Source of the DNA: Eledone cirrhosa
Taxonomy: Eukaryota
Reading direction: 5' to 3'
DNA length: 64,000 nucleotides
Assembly (NCBI GenBank): GCA_964016885.1
Contig: OZ024744.1
Location: forward strand, 110,050,001-110,114,000
This document shows positions 27,223-41,299 of this stretch, piece after piece (the first letter of the stretch is position 1; each line of letters begins with the position of its first letter). Below the pieces are notes generated by a model. It did no database searches and was not told where the DNA came from. It worked only from the letters and a program-made list of their open reading frames with translations. The position numbers and the translations under genes are program-made.

Positions 27223-27258
27223 TCTTAACGTTTCAGACACTAGTCATTCATCAAAAGA
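27223..27258 (-). ncRNA. Degenerate minimal hammerhead (Penelope-type relic)
   Basis: Minus strand TCTT-TTGATGA-ATGAC-tagt-GTCT-GAAAC-GTT-AAGA, with C3->U in the core. Confidence 0.5.
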
Positions 27259-27359
27259 TAGAGTGAGAAATAAAAGATGAAATAGAAAGATAGAGAGTGG
27301 AAGGAGGAAAAAACACGGGCGAGTTCAGTCAGCCATTTTTTAGAGTTGCTGGTCTCAGT

Positions 27360-27550
27360 TTTCGGCAAGGCAGTATCGGTAGAGGGTCGGACGCCATGCT
27401 TTCCAGCATAGTTACGTCCCTTTACGATCTGAGTTCAAATCCCGCCGAGGTTGACTCTGCCTTTCATCCTTACGGGGGTCGATAAAATAAAGTACCAGTA
27501 ATGCACTGGGTAATTGCTGGCCTTGTGCCTAAAGTAGAGACAATTATTGT
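27360..27550 (+). mobile_element. SINE resembling the abundant Octopus tRNA-derived SINE family
   Basis: B-box-like gagttcaaatccc, then gaggttgactctgcctttcatcct...gtcgataaaataaagtaccagt...gctggccttgtgcctaaagtaga and an ATT-like tail. Family assignment is from recollection. Confidence 0.7.
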
Positions 27551-28744
27551 AAATCAGAAGCAATTATTAATTCCTGTAAACTCGAATGACTGCTTCAACC
27601 ATAGACCGTCCATTTCATTTACAATCTTTCTTCCTTTCCCGTTATTGATTTGTTGTTTGTTGTTTGTTGTTTAGTGGGTGAGTCAGTAATATGTTTAAAG
27701 GCATTCCAACCATGATCATCTCGTCTAATTTGTTTTAAACATTGTGTACCTAGGACTATATTATCTTTCCTATTTTAAAACGCTATGATGTGATTTGAAT
27801 GAGATTTAGCTACTGCTGTTTCTGGCAGATCTATCAACCGCAGAAATAGTCTTCTCTTTGGATGATTTCATGTTCAACACTTTATGGGTCAGGTATTTCT
27901 TTCTGAACCCCCCCCCCCCCCCCCCCCCCAGAAATCATATTGTTTTAGAAAATAAAACAAACAAAAAGCAAAATATTACACTTTTTACATTCTATCTTAT
28001 AAAGAACATAAAAAAGAATTATAAAAACATAACAAAATATTAAAATATAGGGCAAGAAGAAACCTGTTTATCATTTCAATTATATTATATAAATGTTTTC
28101 TCTATTGAAACCAATGTCACATAATGATTCAGCATATTGTGGTGGTGGTGGTGGTGGGGGGGGGGGGCATGAGTGATCACTCGTCAATGATACAGCCTCG
28201 CATGGAATATAGCATCTGTCTCACACTCAACTTGATAAGACATTTTATATTTATTGTGTGGGTGGGTGGCATCTGTATTTACAAATCTCTGTTTAAGGGT
28301 TAATCCGCGGTAATATTACTTTATTTTCACTAGTCGTAGACGCAGCATGACTGAATGGTTAAGATGTTTGATCACACTTTACTGCACTTTGGGCACCTAT
28401 CTCCAACTAGAATAACATAGTTTCTAACTAAAATTTAGTTGGTGGAAACTGTGGAAGTTTATTGGAGAGAACGCCATCAATTATTCACCGGTATCATAAA
28501 CCGGTGCCCAGTTAAACATCACCACCATATGGCCATTACATACCTTTAATTGAATACACTTGGGCGGCCAGCAATCGGACCTGTTTCTAGTCTAAATAAC
28601 TGTCTCCTCTTATCCCTTTCTTATTTCTCCCTTCCAATAGTCATAGAGACCTTGAAAAGAGCCATGGCGTTGTGCTACTCCCTCTGGCTAAGACATAGTA
28701 AAGTTTACGGTTAAATTGTCATATATACAGAATACAACAAATAA

Positions 28745-28833
28745 CTGTTTCTACTTTAGGCACAGCAAATATCCAGTGCATTACTGGTACTTTATTTTAT
28801 CGACTCCGTAAGGATGAAAGGCAAAGTCAACCT
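28745..28833 (-). mobile_element. SINE 3' fragment (same family as 27360-27550)
   Basis: ttactggtactttattttatcgactccgtaaggatgaaaggcaaagtcaacct is the reverse complement of the SINE body. Confidence 0.7.
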
Positions 28834-28856
28834 AACATCAAGGTTTTCTTTTAATG

Positions 28857-29905
<1,049 letters not shown>

Positions 29906-29994
29906 CATGTAAAAATGTCCTTGTTGTCAGTATTTGAGGTAGACTGATAAAACACTTAATTGATGGGTGGACATGAGAGAGACGGAAATATTTG

Positions 29995-30545
29995 AGTCAT
30001 CATACACACAGGCACACACACACTACACAAAGACACATACACAGACACAGTGCACACAAACACACACACACACTTAAACTCTACACACAGTGCACACAAA
30101 CAAATACACTACACAGACAAACACACACAGACAAACACACACATACACACCGACACACACACACACATACACACACAAACACACAGACACAGTCACACAT
30201 ACACTACATACAAACACGCACTACGCACAGACAAACACTACAAACAAACACATGCACACACTTTACAGACAAACCAGACAGACACACCAGACAGACACAC
30301 TACACACTACACACTGACACACACACACAACACAAAGACACATACACAGACTCATACATACACACACACATGCACACATACAGTCGCACACAGGCTCTCA
30401 CACACACACTCTACACACAAACTCTACACACAGAGACACACACCAAACACTGTCACACTACACACTACATACACAAATACTCAATCACACACACCGACAC
30501 ATAGACGCACACATTCACAATACACACGCACACAAAGATAACACA
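29995..30545. repeat. Degenerate (CA)n-rich low-complexity tract
   Basis: Direct reading; source of spurious His/Thr ORFs. Confidence 0.9.
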
Positions 30546-30609
30546 CTTAAAAAATAAACTTTAAAATGCATTACGTCAATTTGTCAATATTTATTTACAA
30601 ATTGAAGAA

Positions 30610-30975
30610 AAGAACCCCATAATTCAAGAAAATCAATTTTGATTACTTCCCCTTGTTGAAGGGGAAATTCCAGGAAAAGCTGGAAGCAAAGCTCAACGCC
30701 ATTGTAACTCCCAACGCTGAACCAGAGACTTATTGGCAAGACCTGAAGAGAACATTACATGGCACAGCAGCAGAAGTGGTGGGTTTCTCTACAAGGAAGC
30801 ACAAAGACTGGTTCAACGAGAATGATGATGAGATCCAAAAGCTCATTGACGAGAAATGCTCTGCACACCAAGGAGTGCGGTCGAGTCCGAATAGCCAGTC
30901 AGCCAAGTAGACACACAGGAAAACCTGCAGCACCCTACAGAGGAAGTTCGGGAGGTCCAGAAAAACTGGTGGACA
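30610..30975 (+). pseudogene. RTE-clade LINE fragment (linker between endonuclease and RT)
   Basis: WQDLKRTLHGTAAEVVGFSTRKHKDWFNENDDEIQKLIDEK resembles the RTE/BovB-type W..LK....A..V.G...RKH.DWF.EN..EI..L...K segment. Confidence 0.75.
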
Positions 30976-31302
30976 ATAAATACTCCCTTACGGTCGAGTA
31001 AAGAATTTGGCCGAGTCTGACTGCTATATTTAGCAACCTTTTCACTTTCCATTGTCCACATACCTCTGCCCTTCTGCAGGACGCTAACCTTGTGATAATT
31101 CTCTAGTTTGAATTTAATCGCGGCTAGCGGAAAATTCAGTCGAATTTCTTTCTTCCTTAAACATGTTCCCTGACAATTTGAGATTTTTCCAGCTCAGACT
31201 GAGTTTGCTCAATGAAACTGCAGTAGGAACACTGAGTTAATGGGTAAATATTTCTTTATCTTATTTATGTTCCCCAAATTGATTTATATATATATATATA
31301 TT

Positions 31303-31378
<76 letters not shown>

Positions 31379-31724
31379 ATTAGTCCCACAATAGATTAGC
31401 AAACCATACTTGTGGATGCGCATTTCACTGAGCGAATTTTCAACCCGTGTATCACTGCAGTGAGAACAGAAGTGAATATGAGCTGACTGGATTCTGCGCG
31501 TTACACGCTGTTAGTTTGGTGACGAGGGAGACATCTCAAATTAGACTGTTGTGGGGAAAGAACTTTCGTTTGAGTTAGTTCATTCCGGGTTAGATTTATG
31601 GTTATCCTGGGGCTTTCCAGTTACATTACAGATACTTCACAGCGCGGAGGAGGTGATAAAGGAAATCGGCTCTTGTGTTAAGGCAAATACTATTACGTAA
31701 CCCCTGCAGATTTATACAAGCTGG

Positions 31725-32320
31725 ATCACTCCTTGAAAAACATTCTCACTCTCTCCCAAAACGTTTATTCAAAGCTTCTCCAAAAAAACAGAAGACGTCA
31801 TCAAACGCTTGAGATGGCGGGCACTGGCTTTCGAGGTCACAACCTGAAATCAAGAGCCTATCCACCCAAGGTAAATGGCCTCACTCCTTTCGAAGCGGAC
31901 CTTCTTGATTTAGTTTCTAACGTTACTTTTCGCAAACACTCTAGCCTTTTCCAAAATAAACTTAGCCGAGACATTAAAAAATGTAGATCTGCCACTAACA
32001 CTTTTATCCTATCTGATGAAACATTTATAAAGTTGACCAAACTACTTACAACCATTTGACACAACCATTATACAAACTATAACATCGAAATATAATGGAG
32101 CAGAACACTCAACTTACCTTAACATCAATAGAAAAGCCAAGCTCTTAGCCTCCGCCAATAATGTAGGTAAGAAACTACAATACCTAGCTAAGCATGAGGT
32201 TTTTGTTTAACCCTTAAGGATCACAAGGTCGATTTTGCGATTAATCCCACTTGTAGACTGTTGACCCCAGCACGTACAAAGATGGTGCTAGTTAGCAAAG
32301 TTATCCTGAGAGGTGTAGTT
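31725..32320 (+). pseudogene. Degenerate N-terminal part of another Penelope-like (Naiad-type) ORF
   Basis: SLKNI, KRLRWRA (other frame), YPPKVNGLTPFEADL, FILSD, LKDHK..NPTCRLL; homologous to the N-terminus of the 24133-26580 ORF. Truncated at (GAA)n. Confidence 0.8.
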
Positions 32321-32337
32321 AAGACAGTGACCTTGTT

Positions 32338-35300
32338 GAAGAAGAAGAAGAAGAAGAAGAAGAAGAAGAAGAAGAAGAAAAAGAAGAAGAAGAAGAAGAA
32401 GAAGAAGAAGAAGAAGAAGAAGAAGAAGAAGAAGAAGAAGAAGAAGAAGAAGAAGATGATGATGATGATGGTGATAGTGAAGGTGATGGTGAAGGTGATG
32501 GTGATGGTGATGGTGATGGTGGTGGTGATGGTGAAGGTGATGGTGATGGTGATGATGAAGTGATGGTGATGGTGATGGCGAAGGGTATGGTGAAGGTGAT
32601 GATGATGGTGATGGTGGTGGTGATGGTGATGGCGATGGTGATCATGATGATATCAGAATTATCCAGATAATTATTACCACCACCTTCACCATCACCACCA
32701 TCACCACCACCATCACCACTACCACCACCACCACTAACACCACCACAACCACCATCACCACCACCACCACCAACACCACAAACACCACCATCACCCAAAC
32801 CGTCACGATTACCACCACCAACAACACCACCACCACTAACATTACCACCATCACCAACACCATCACCAACACTATCACCACCACCACCACCACCACCACC
32901 ACCATCACCACTACCATCACCACTATCACCACCACCACCATCAGCACCACCATCAATAACACCATCACCATTACCACCACCAACACCACCACCATCAGCA
33001 CGACCATCCCCACGACCATCATCAACACCATCACCAATACCACCACCACCACCACCAACACCACCATCAACACCAAAACCATCACCACTACCACCACCAA
33101 CACCACCATCACCATCACCACCGCCATCACCAACACCACCATCATCACCATCACCAACACAATCACCACCACCATCACCGTCACCATCATCACCACTAGC
33201 ACTACCACCACTACCAACATTATCTCACCACCACCACCACCACCATCATCACCACCATCTCCAACACCATCACCACTACCACCACTACATCTACCACCAT
33301 CACCACCACCACCATCACCAACACCATCACCACCACCACCATTATCACCATCACCAACACCATCACCACCACCACTACCACCACTACAGCTACCACCATC
33401 ACCACCACCATCACCACTACCACTACCACCACTACCACCACAATTACCATCACCACCAATACCACCACCACCACAAATACCACCACCACCACAAATACCA
33501 TCACCACCTCTACCACTATCACCACTACAACTACCACCACTGCCACTACCACTACCACCATCACCACCACTACCACTACCACCACTACAACTACAACCAT
33601 CACCACCTCCACCATCACCACCACCACCAGTACAACTAATACCATCCCCACCACAACCACCATCACCACCATCACCACCACTACAACAACCACCATCACC
33701 ACCATTACCACTACCACTACCGCCACTACAACTACCACCATCACAACCACCACCACCACTACAACTACCACCATCACCACCACTACAACTGCCACCATCA
33801 CTACCACTACCACTACCACCATCACCACCACCACTACCAGCACTACAACAACCACCATCACCACCATTACCACTACCACTACCACCACTACCACTACCAC
33901 CATCACTACCACTACCATCACCACCACCACCACTACCAGCACTACAACAACCACCATCACCACCATACCACTACCACTACCACCACTACCACTACCGCCA
34001 CTACAACTACCACCACTGTCATCACCACTACAACTGCCACCATCACCACCACTACCACTACCACCATCACCACCACCACTACCAGCACTACAACAACCAC
34101 CATCACCACCATACCACTACTACCACTACAACTACCACCACTGTTATCACCACTACAACTGCCACCATCACCACCACCACTACCAGCACTACAACAACCA
34201 TCATCACCACCATTACCACTACCACTACCACCACTACCACTACCGCCACTACAACTACCACCATCACTACCACTACTACTATCACCACCACCACTACCAG
34301 CACTGCAACAACCACCATCACCACCATTACCACTACCACTACCACCACTACCACTACCGCCACAACAACTACCACCACTGTCATCACTACTACAACTGCC
34401 ACCATCACCACCACTATAATTACCACTACCACCACCATTACAACTACCACCACCACCACCACTACAACTACCACCACCACCACCACCACTATAACTACCA
34501 CCACCACCACCACTACAACTACCACCATCACCACCACCACTATAACTACCACCACCACTACAACTACCACCATCACCACCACTACAACTGCCACCATCAC
34601 CACCACCACCACTACCAGCACTACACCAACCACCATCACCACCATTACCACTACCACTACCACCACTACCACTACCGCCACAACAACTACCACCACTGTC
34701 ATCACTACTACAACTGCCACCATCACCACCACTATAATTACCACTACCACCACCATTACAACTACCACCACCACCACCACTACAACTACCACCACCACCA
34801 CCACCACTATAACTACCACCACCACCACCACTACAACTACCACCATCACCACCACCACTATAACTACCACCACCACTACAACTACCACCATCACCACCAC
34901 TACAACTGCCACCATCACCACCACCACCACTACCAGCACTACACCAACCACCATCACCACCATTACCACTACCACTACCACCACTACCACTACCACCACT
35001 ACAACTACCACCACTGTCATCACCACTACAACTGCCACCATCACCACCACTACAACTGCCACCATCACCACCACTACAACTACCACCATCACCACCACTA
35101 CAACTGCCACCATCACCACCACTACAACTGCCACCATCACCACCACTACAACTGCCACCATCACCACCACTACAACTGCCACCATACCACCACTACAACT
35201 GCCACCATCACCACCACTACAACTGCCACCATCACCACCACCACAACCACCACTACAACTGCCACTATCACCACCACTACAACTGCCACCATCACCACCA

Positions 35301-38300
35301 CTACAACTGCCACCATCACCACCACCACAACCACCACTACAACAACCACCATCACCACCACTACAACTGCCACCATCACCACCACCACAACCACCACTAC
35401 AACTGCCACCATCACCACCACTACAACTGCCACCATCACCACCACCACTACCACCACTACAACTACCACCACTACAACTACCACCATCAGCACCACTACA
35501 ACTGCCACCATCACCACCACCACAACCACCACTACAACTGCCACCATCACCACCACCACTACCACCACTACAACTATCACCATCACCACCACTACAACTG
35601 CCACCATCACCACCACTACAACTGCCACCATACCACCACTACAACTACCACCATCACCACCACTACAACTGCCACCATACCACCACCACCACCACCACTA
35701 CAACTACCACCACTGTCATCACCACTACAACTGCCACCATCACCACCACTACAACTGCCACCATCACCACCACTACAACTGCCACCATACCACCACTACA
35801 ACTGCCACCATCACCACCACTACAACTGCCACCATACCACCACCACTACCACCACTACAACTACCACCACTGTCATCACCACTACAACTGCCACCATCAC
35901 CACCACTACAACTGCCACCATCACCACCACTACAACTGCCACCATACCACCACTACAACTGCCACCATCACCACCACTACAACTGCCACCATACCACCAC
36001 CACTACCACCACTACCACCACTACAACTACCACCACTGTCATCACCACTACAACTGCCACCATCACCACCACTACAACTGCCACCATCACCACCACTACA
36101 ACTGCCACCATACCACCACTACAACTGCCACCATCACCACCACTACAACTGCCACCATACCACCACCACTACCACCACTACAACTACCACCACTGTCATC
36201 ACCACTACAACTGCCACCATCACCACCACTACAACTGCCACCATCATCACCACTACAACTGCCACCATCACCACCACTACAACTGCCACCATCACCACCA
36301 CTACAACTGCCACCATCACCACCACCACAACCACCACTACAACTGCCACCATCACCACCACTACAACTGCCACCATCACCACCACTACAACTGCCACCAT
36401 CACCACCACTACAACTGCCACCATACCACCACTACAACTGCCACCATCACCACCACTACAACTGCCACCATACCACCACCACTACCACCACTACCACCAC
36501 TACAACTACCACAACTGTCATCACCACTACAACTGCCACCATCACCACCACTACAACTGCCACCATCACCACCACTACAACTGCCACCATACCACCACTA
36601 CAACTGCCACCATCACCACCACTACAACTGCCACCATACCACCACCACTACCACCACTACAACTACCACCACTGTCATCACCACTACAACTGCCACCATC
36701 ACCACCACTACAACTGCCACCATCATCACCACTACAACTGCCACCATCACCACCACTACAACTGCCACCATCACCACCACTACAACTGCCACCATCACCA
36801 CCACCACAACCACCACTACAACTGCCACCATCACCACCACTACAACTGCCACCATCACCACCACTACAACTGCCACCATACCACCACTACAACTACCACC
36901 ATCACCACCACTACAACTGCCACCATACCACCACTACAACTACCACCATCACCACCACTACAACTGCCACCATACCACCACCACTACCACCACTACAACT
37001 ACCACCATCACCACCACTACAACTGCCACCATACCACCACTACAACTACCACCATCACCACCACTACAACTGCCACCATCACCACCACTACAACTGCCAC
37101 CATCACCACCACTACAACTGCCACCATCACCACCACTACAACTACCACCATCACCACCACTACAACTGCCACCACCATCACCACCACTACAACTACCACC
37201 ATCACCACCACTACAACTGCCACCACCATCACCACCACTACAACTACCACCATCACCACCACTACAACTGCCACCACCACAACCACCACTACAACTGCCA
37301 CCATCACCACCACTACAACTACCACCATCACCACCACTACAACTGCCACCATCACCACCACTACAACTACCACCATCACCACCACCACCACCACCACTAC
37401 AACTGCCACCATCACCACCACCACCACCACCACTACAACTGCCACCATCACCACCACTACAACTACCACCATCACCACCACTACAACTGCCACCATCACC
37501 ACCACTACAACTGCCACCATCACCACCACTACAACTGCCACCATCACCACCACCACCACCACCACTACAACTGCCACCATCACCACCACTACAACTACCA
37601 CCATCACCACCACTACAACTGCCACCATCACCACCACTACAACTACCACCATCACCACCACTACAACTGCCACCATCACCACCACCACCACCACCACCAC
37701 TACAACTACCACCATCACCAGCACTACAACTGCCACCATCACCACCACTACAACTACCACCATCACCACCACTACAACTGCCACCATCACCACCACTACA
37801 ACTGCCACCATCACCACCACTACAACTGCCACCATCACCACCACCACTACCAGCACTACACCAACCACCACCACCACCATTACCACTACCACTACCACCA
37901 CTACCACTACCGCCACTGCAACTACCACCATCACCACCACTACCACTACCACCACCACTACAACTACCACCACCACCACCACCACTACAACTACCACCAC
38001 CACCACCACCACCACTACAACTACCACCATCACCACCACTACCACTACCACCACCACCACTATAACTACCACCACTACCACCACTACAACTACCACCATC
38101 AACACCACTACAACTGCCACCATCACCACCACTACAACTGCCACCATCACCACCACTACAACTACCACCATCAACACCACTACAACTGCCACCATCACCA
38201 CCACTACAACTACCACCATCAACACCACTACAACTGCCACCATCACCACCACCACTACCAGCACTACAACAACCACCATCACCACCATTACCACTACCAC

Positions 38301-38490
38301 TACCACCAGTACCACTTCCACCACTACAACTGCCACCATCACCACCACTACAACTACCACCATCACCAGCACTACAACTGTCACCATCACCACCACTACA
38401 ACAACCACCATCACCACCATTACCACTACCACTACCACCACTACCACTACCGCCACTGCAACTACCACCACTGTCATCAACAACACAATA
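32338..38490. repeat. Compound trinucleotide/minisatellite tract: (GAA)n, (GAT/GGT)n, then ~5.8 kb ACC-rich array with a dominant 24-bp unit ACCACCACTACAACTGCCACCATC
   Basis: Direct reading; the minus-strand poly-Val ORFs show the 8-codon periodicity. Confidence 0.95.
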
Positions 38491-38689
38491 ATCAAGATAC
38501 TATCATGGCAGCAATCTCTTCAAAGGAGAGAGACCAACAACGAACGGTGTTAAAATGTACGCCTGAGAAGTGTCAACAGCAAATAGGAATTCACCTGCTC
38601 CAGTTATCGGAAGCTCTACTTATTGAACTCCAAATAAATTCCCAGCGTAAACATTGTCTATATGAATACTTACACGAATATATACACAC

Positions 38690-39275
38690 GTGTACTTGTC
38701 TCTCTATACTATTGTCGCGAGTGGGACCAATCCGGTTGACCACCGAGTCCATTGTCATGATCAAACCGCCATCCTCTTTCAAAAACAAAGGAGAAGCGGT
38801 TTACCTTTGTGTGATGGCTATGGCGAAAGAGGTTGTATGGTGGACGAAGTTAAAAAGGGCTGAGGTCAGACACCTTTCTCTCCGGCCAACAACTGATTCT
38901 TTTTTTCAAATATCACTTTGGAAGAAGAATCAGGATGGAGAGAGAGGTGCTGTACCTCAGCAAGTTTTATGAAAGGTGGGTGAAAGTGGCGAGAATGGCT
39001 CGAGTGAATGGGCCTTCTCTCTATATCAGCCTGTAGGTTGAGGAAAAGTAGGAAGAGAGGAAAGGAGTACAAACTCTTCGTACTCATGGAGATGAGGGTT
39101 GCACATTTTTTCGGGAGTATGTGTTACCCATATGAAATGTCTCCCCCTATTGGGGAAAAACGATTAACTTTTAAATTACATTTGTGATAATATTTTAAAC
39201 GTTTTTTATTGTATGTAAACTTCCCCCTTTGTATTTGTTCCCTTCTTTTGTGCCCCTGTGGCTAATAAAGAAACA
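38690..39275 (+). mobile_element. 3' fragment of Tx1/L1-like LINE
   Basis: [10 protein letters not shown]...[13 protein letters not shown] and aaaggtgggtgaaagtggcgagaatggctcgagtgaatgggcct match 45250-45590. Ends with ctaataaa like 45871. Confidence 0.85.
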
Positions 39276-40150
39276 TATATATGCATGTGTGTGTATGTGT
39301 GTATAAAGAAATATATATATTTATGTGTGTATAATTGAAAGCATCTATATGGAATTAGACGTATTTACGTCTATGAAACCGTTTGGTAATGCATAGATAA
39401 ATACTAATAATAGATGAATATTGATTATCTGATACATAAAATAGAAGTGAAAATTAGTTGGTGCGTATGATTTGGTTGACAACATGACACAAACACGTGT
39501 ATAAAAAACCGCGATTATTGTAGAGTTTTTTTCGGAATGTTTTTGACTGTTGTTTCATGTAAACAAACATTCGTCTCATTCTGACGTCACCAGCCCTGTT
39601 TTTCCACATGTGCGTTTTATTTTCATAATCACGCATGATGTTAAACTAGCCTGCTTTTAAATTCCCTTTTTGGCATATTAATCAGTGAGAATCTGGCTAT
39701 CGTATTGAGCTCTGCTGACGATCGTATTCCAACCGTGACCATCTCCACTTAAAATTTACGTGAAATAGTCTTTTTCAAGACTATACAGAGCATTTGTTGA
39801 TGAGTATTTTAAACTTTATTTTATCATGAGTTAAGGCTCTATTGATTTTTCCCTGGATTTCATTAAATTCTGTAGGATGAATCTATATCCTGATTCTTTT
39901 TGAATTGAGTTTGAATTATTTTTCCCACATCTTACGTTAACTATTTTCCTATTTTGACGCTAGAGTCACTTATATATTATGGAATACTGTTGGCTTCTTG
40001 CTACAAGACTTTCTATACCTTTCATTTATATATATATATACACGTGTGTGTGTCATGTTGTCAACCAAATACAAAGAGGGAAGTTTACATACAATAAAAA
40101 ACGTGTAAAATATTATCACAAATGTAATTTAAAAGTTAATCGTTTATATA

Positions 40151-40474
40151 TATGAATAAATTTAGTCCTTCATCAGTGATCTTCCAGCCTTCATTGGTAT
40201 TTCATCGCTTTAAAGACCATATACCTCTGGTTGGTGCGAGCAACGGCTAAAGGAAGTCATTGGCACACGTAAATAGGGGGAACCATTTAGGAGGAACGAG
40301 CGAGACAGTAAACAAACCTTTGTTTGTTTACTGTCTCGCTCGTTCCCTCTATTTACGTGTCCCAATGACTTCCTTTAGCCGTTGCTCGCACCAACCAGAG
40401 GTATATGGTCTTTAAAGCGATGAAATACCAATGAAGGCTGGAAGATCACTGATGAAGGACTAAATTTATTCATA
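40151..40474. repeat. Near-perfect fold-back palindrome (~155-bp arms, 4-nt loop)
   Basis: tatgaataaatttagtccttcatcagtg...gcgagacagtaaacaaac-cttt-gtttgtttactgtctcgc...cactgatgaaggactaaatttattcata; ~14-nt bulge in the left arm. Confidence 0.95.
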
Positions 40475-40544
40475 CGTAACCCATTTGCAACCACGCAGCA
40501 CGCCATGTTTTTATATTTTTCATATATATATATATATATATATA

Positions 40545-41230
40545 GTTATAGCTCTGGTTTATCCAAACTATTGAGCCCTTTGCCACACATTTCGAAGATT
40601 GTGTTTCGTTATTTCGTGGGCCGAAATTCCGATTCTCGATAATTTATTTGTATTTATCTCCAGTCTTTAGCTATTGACCAGTTAATTTTATTGATTTTTT
40701 AGTTGATCTTATTGACTGATGAATAGCTCATGTTAATTTTAACCCGTCTGTTGAGAACTCTAATTCGATATGTGATATTTTGTATTTTTACAAATATATA
40801 CACTGCCGAATTCATTTACCTAATATAGGGGTTCCCTCCCTTGCTAAACCCCACGTGGATTTAGTAACGGGTTCTTCTGTATATTTGAACAAAATGCCTG
40901 TTGAGAAAGTGGTTTTCCTCGTTCATCATTCTACGAAAAGCAGAATATTTTTTATGTAAGCTGACGGTAACTGATTTAGGAGCCGCAGAAACCAAAAAGC
41001 TGGAATTTACCATCCTTCTAGCGGGTCCGGGTAAAGATTTTTCATTCATTTATTTTATTACTTGTCTGACCCGAATTTTCTTCGTCGTTTTTCGGCTGTG
41101 CGAGTGATTTTAAGCATTATCTCTGTGTGTTGGTACTTAAACGATAGTTATAGCTCTGGTTTATCCAAACTATTGAGCCCTTTGCCAGTGTGTTTCGTTA
41201 TTTCGTGGGCCGAAATTCCGATTCTCGATA

Positions 41231-41240
<10 letters not shown>
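40545..41240 (-). mobile_element. ~100-bp direct repeats (40545-40650 / 41143-41240) enclosing a possible highly decayed Penelope-like fragment
   Basis: The direct repeat is read directly. The minus-strand translation YRIRVLNRRVKINMSYSS weakly resembles Naiad KIFNRNVVKISYS. Confidence 0.35.
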
Positions 41241-41269
<29 letters not shown>

Positions 41270-41299
41270 ATCGTCTCAGTGTGTTTGGCCTTTTAACTT

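Noticed and set aside
32261-38495. Long poly-Val, poly-Lys and poly-Ser ORFs
   Set aside because: Trinucleotide-repeat artefacts with frameshifts.
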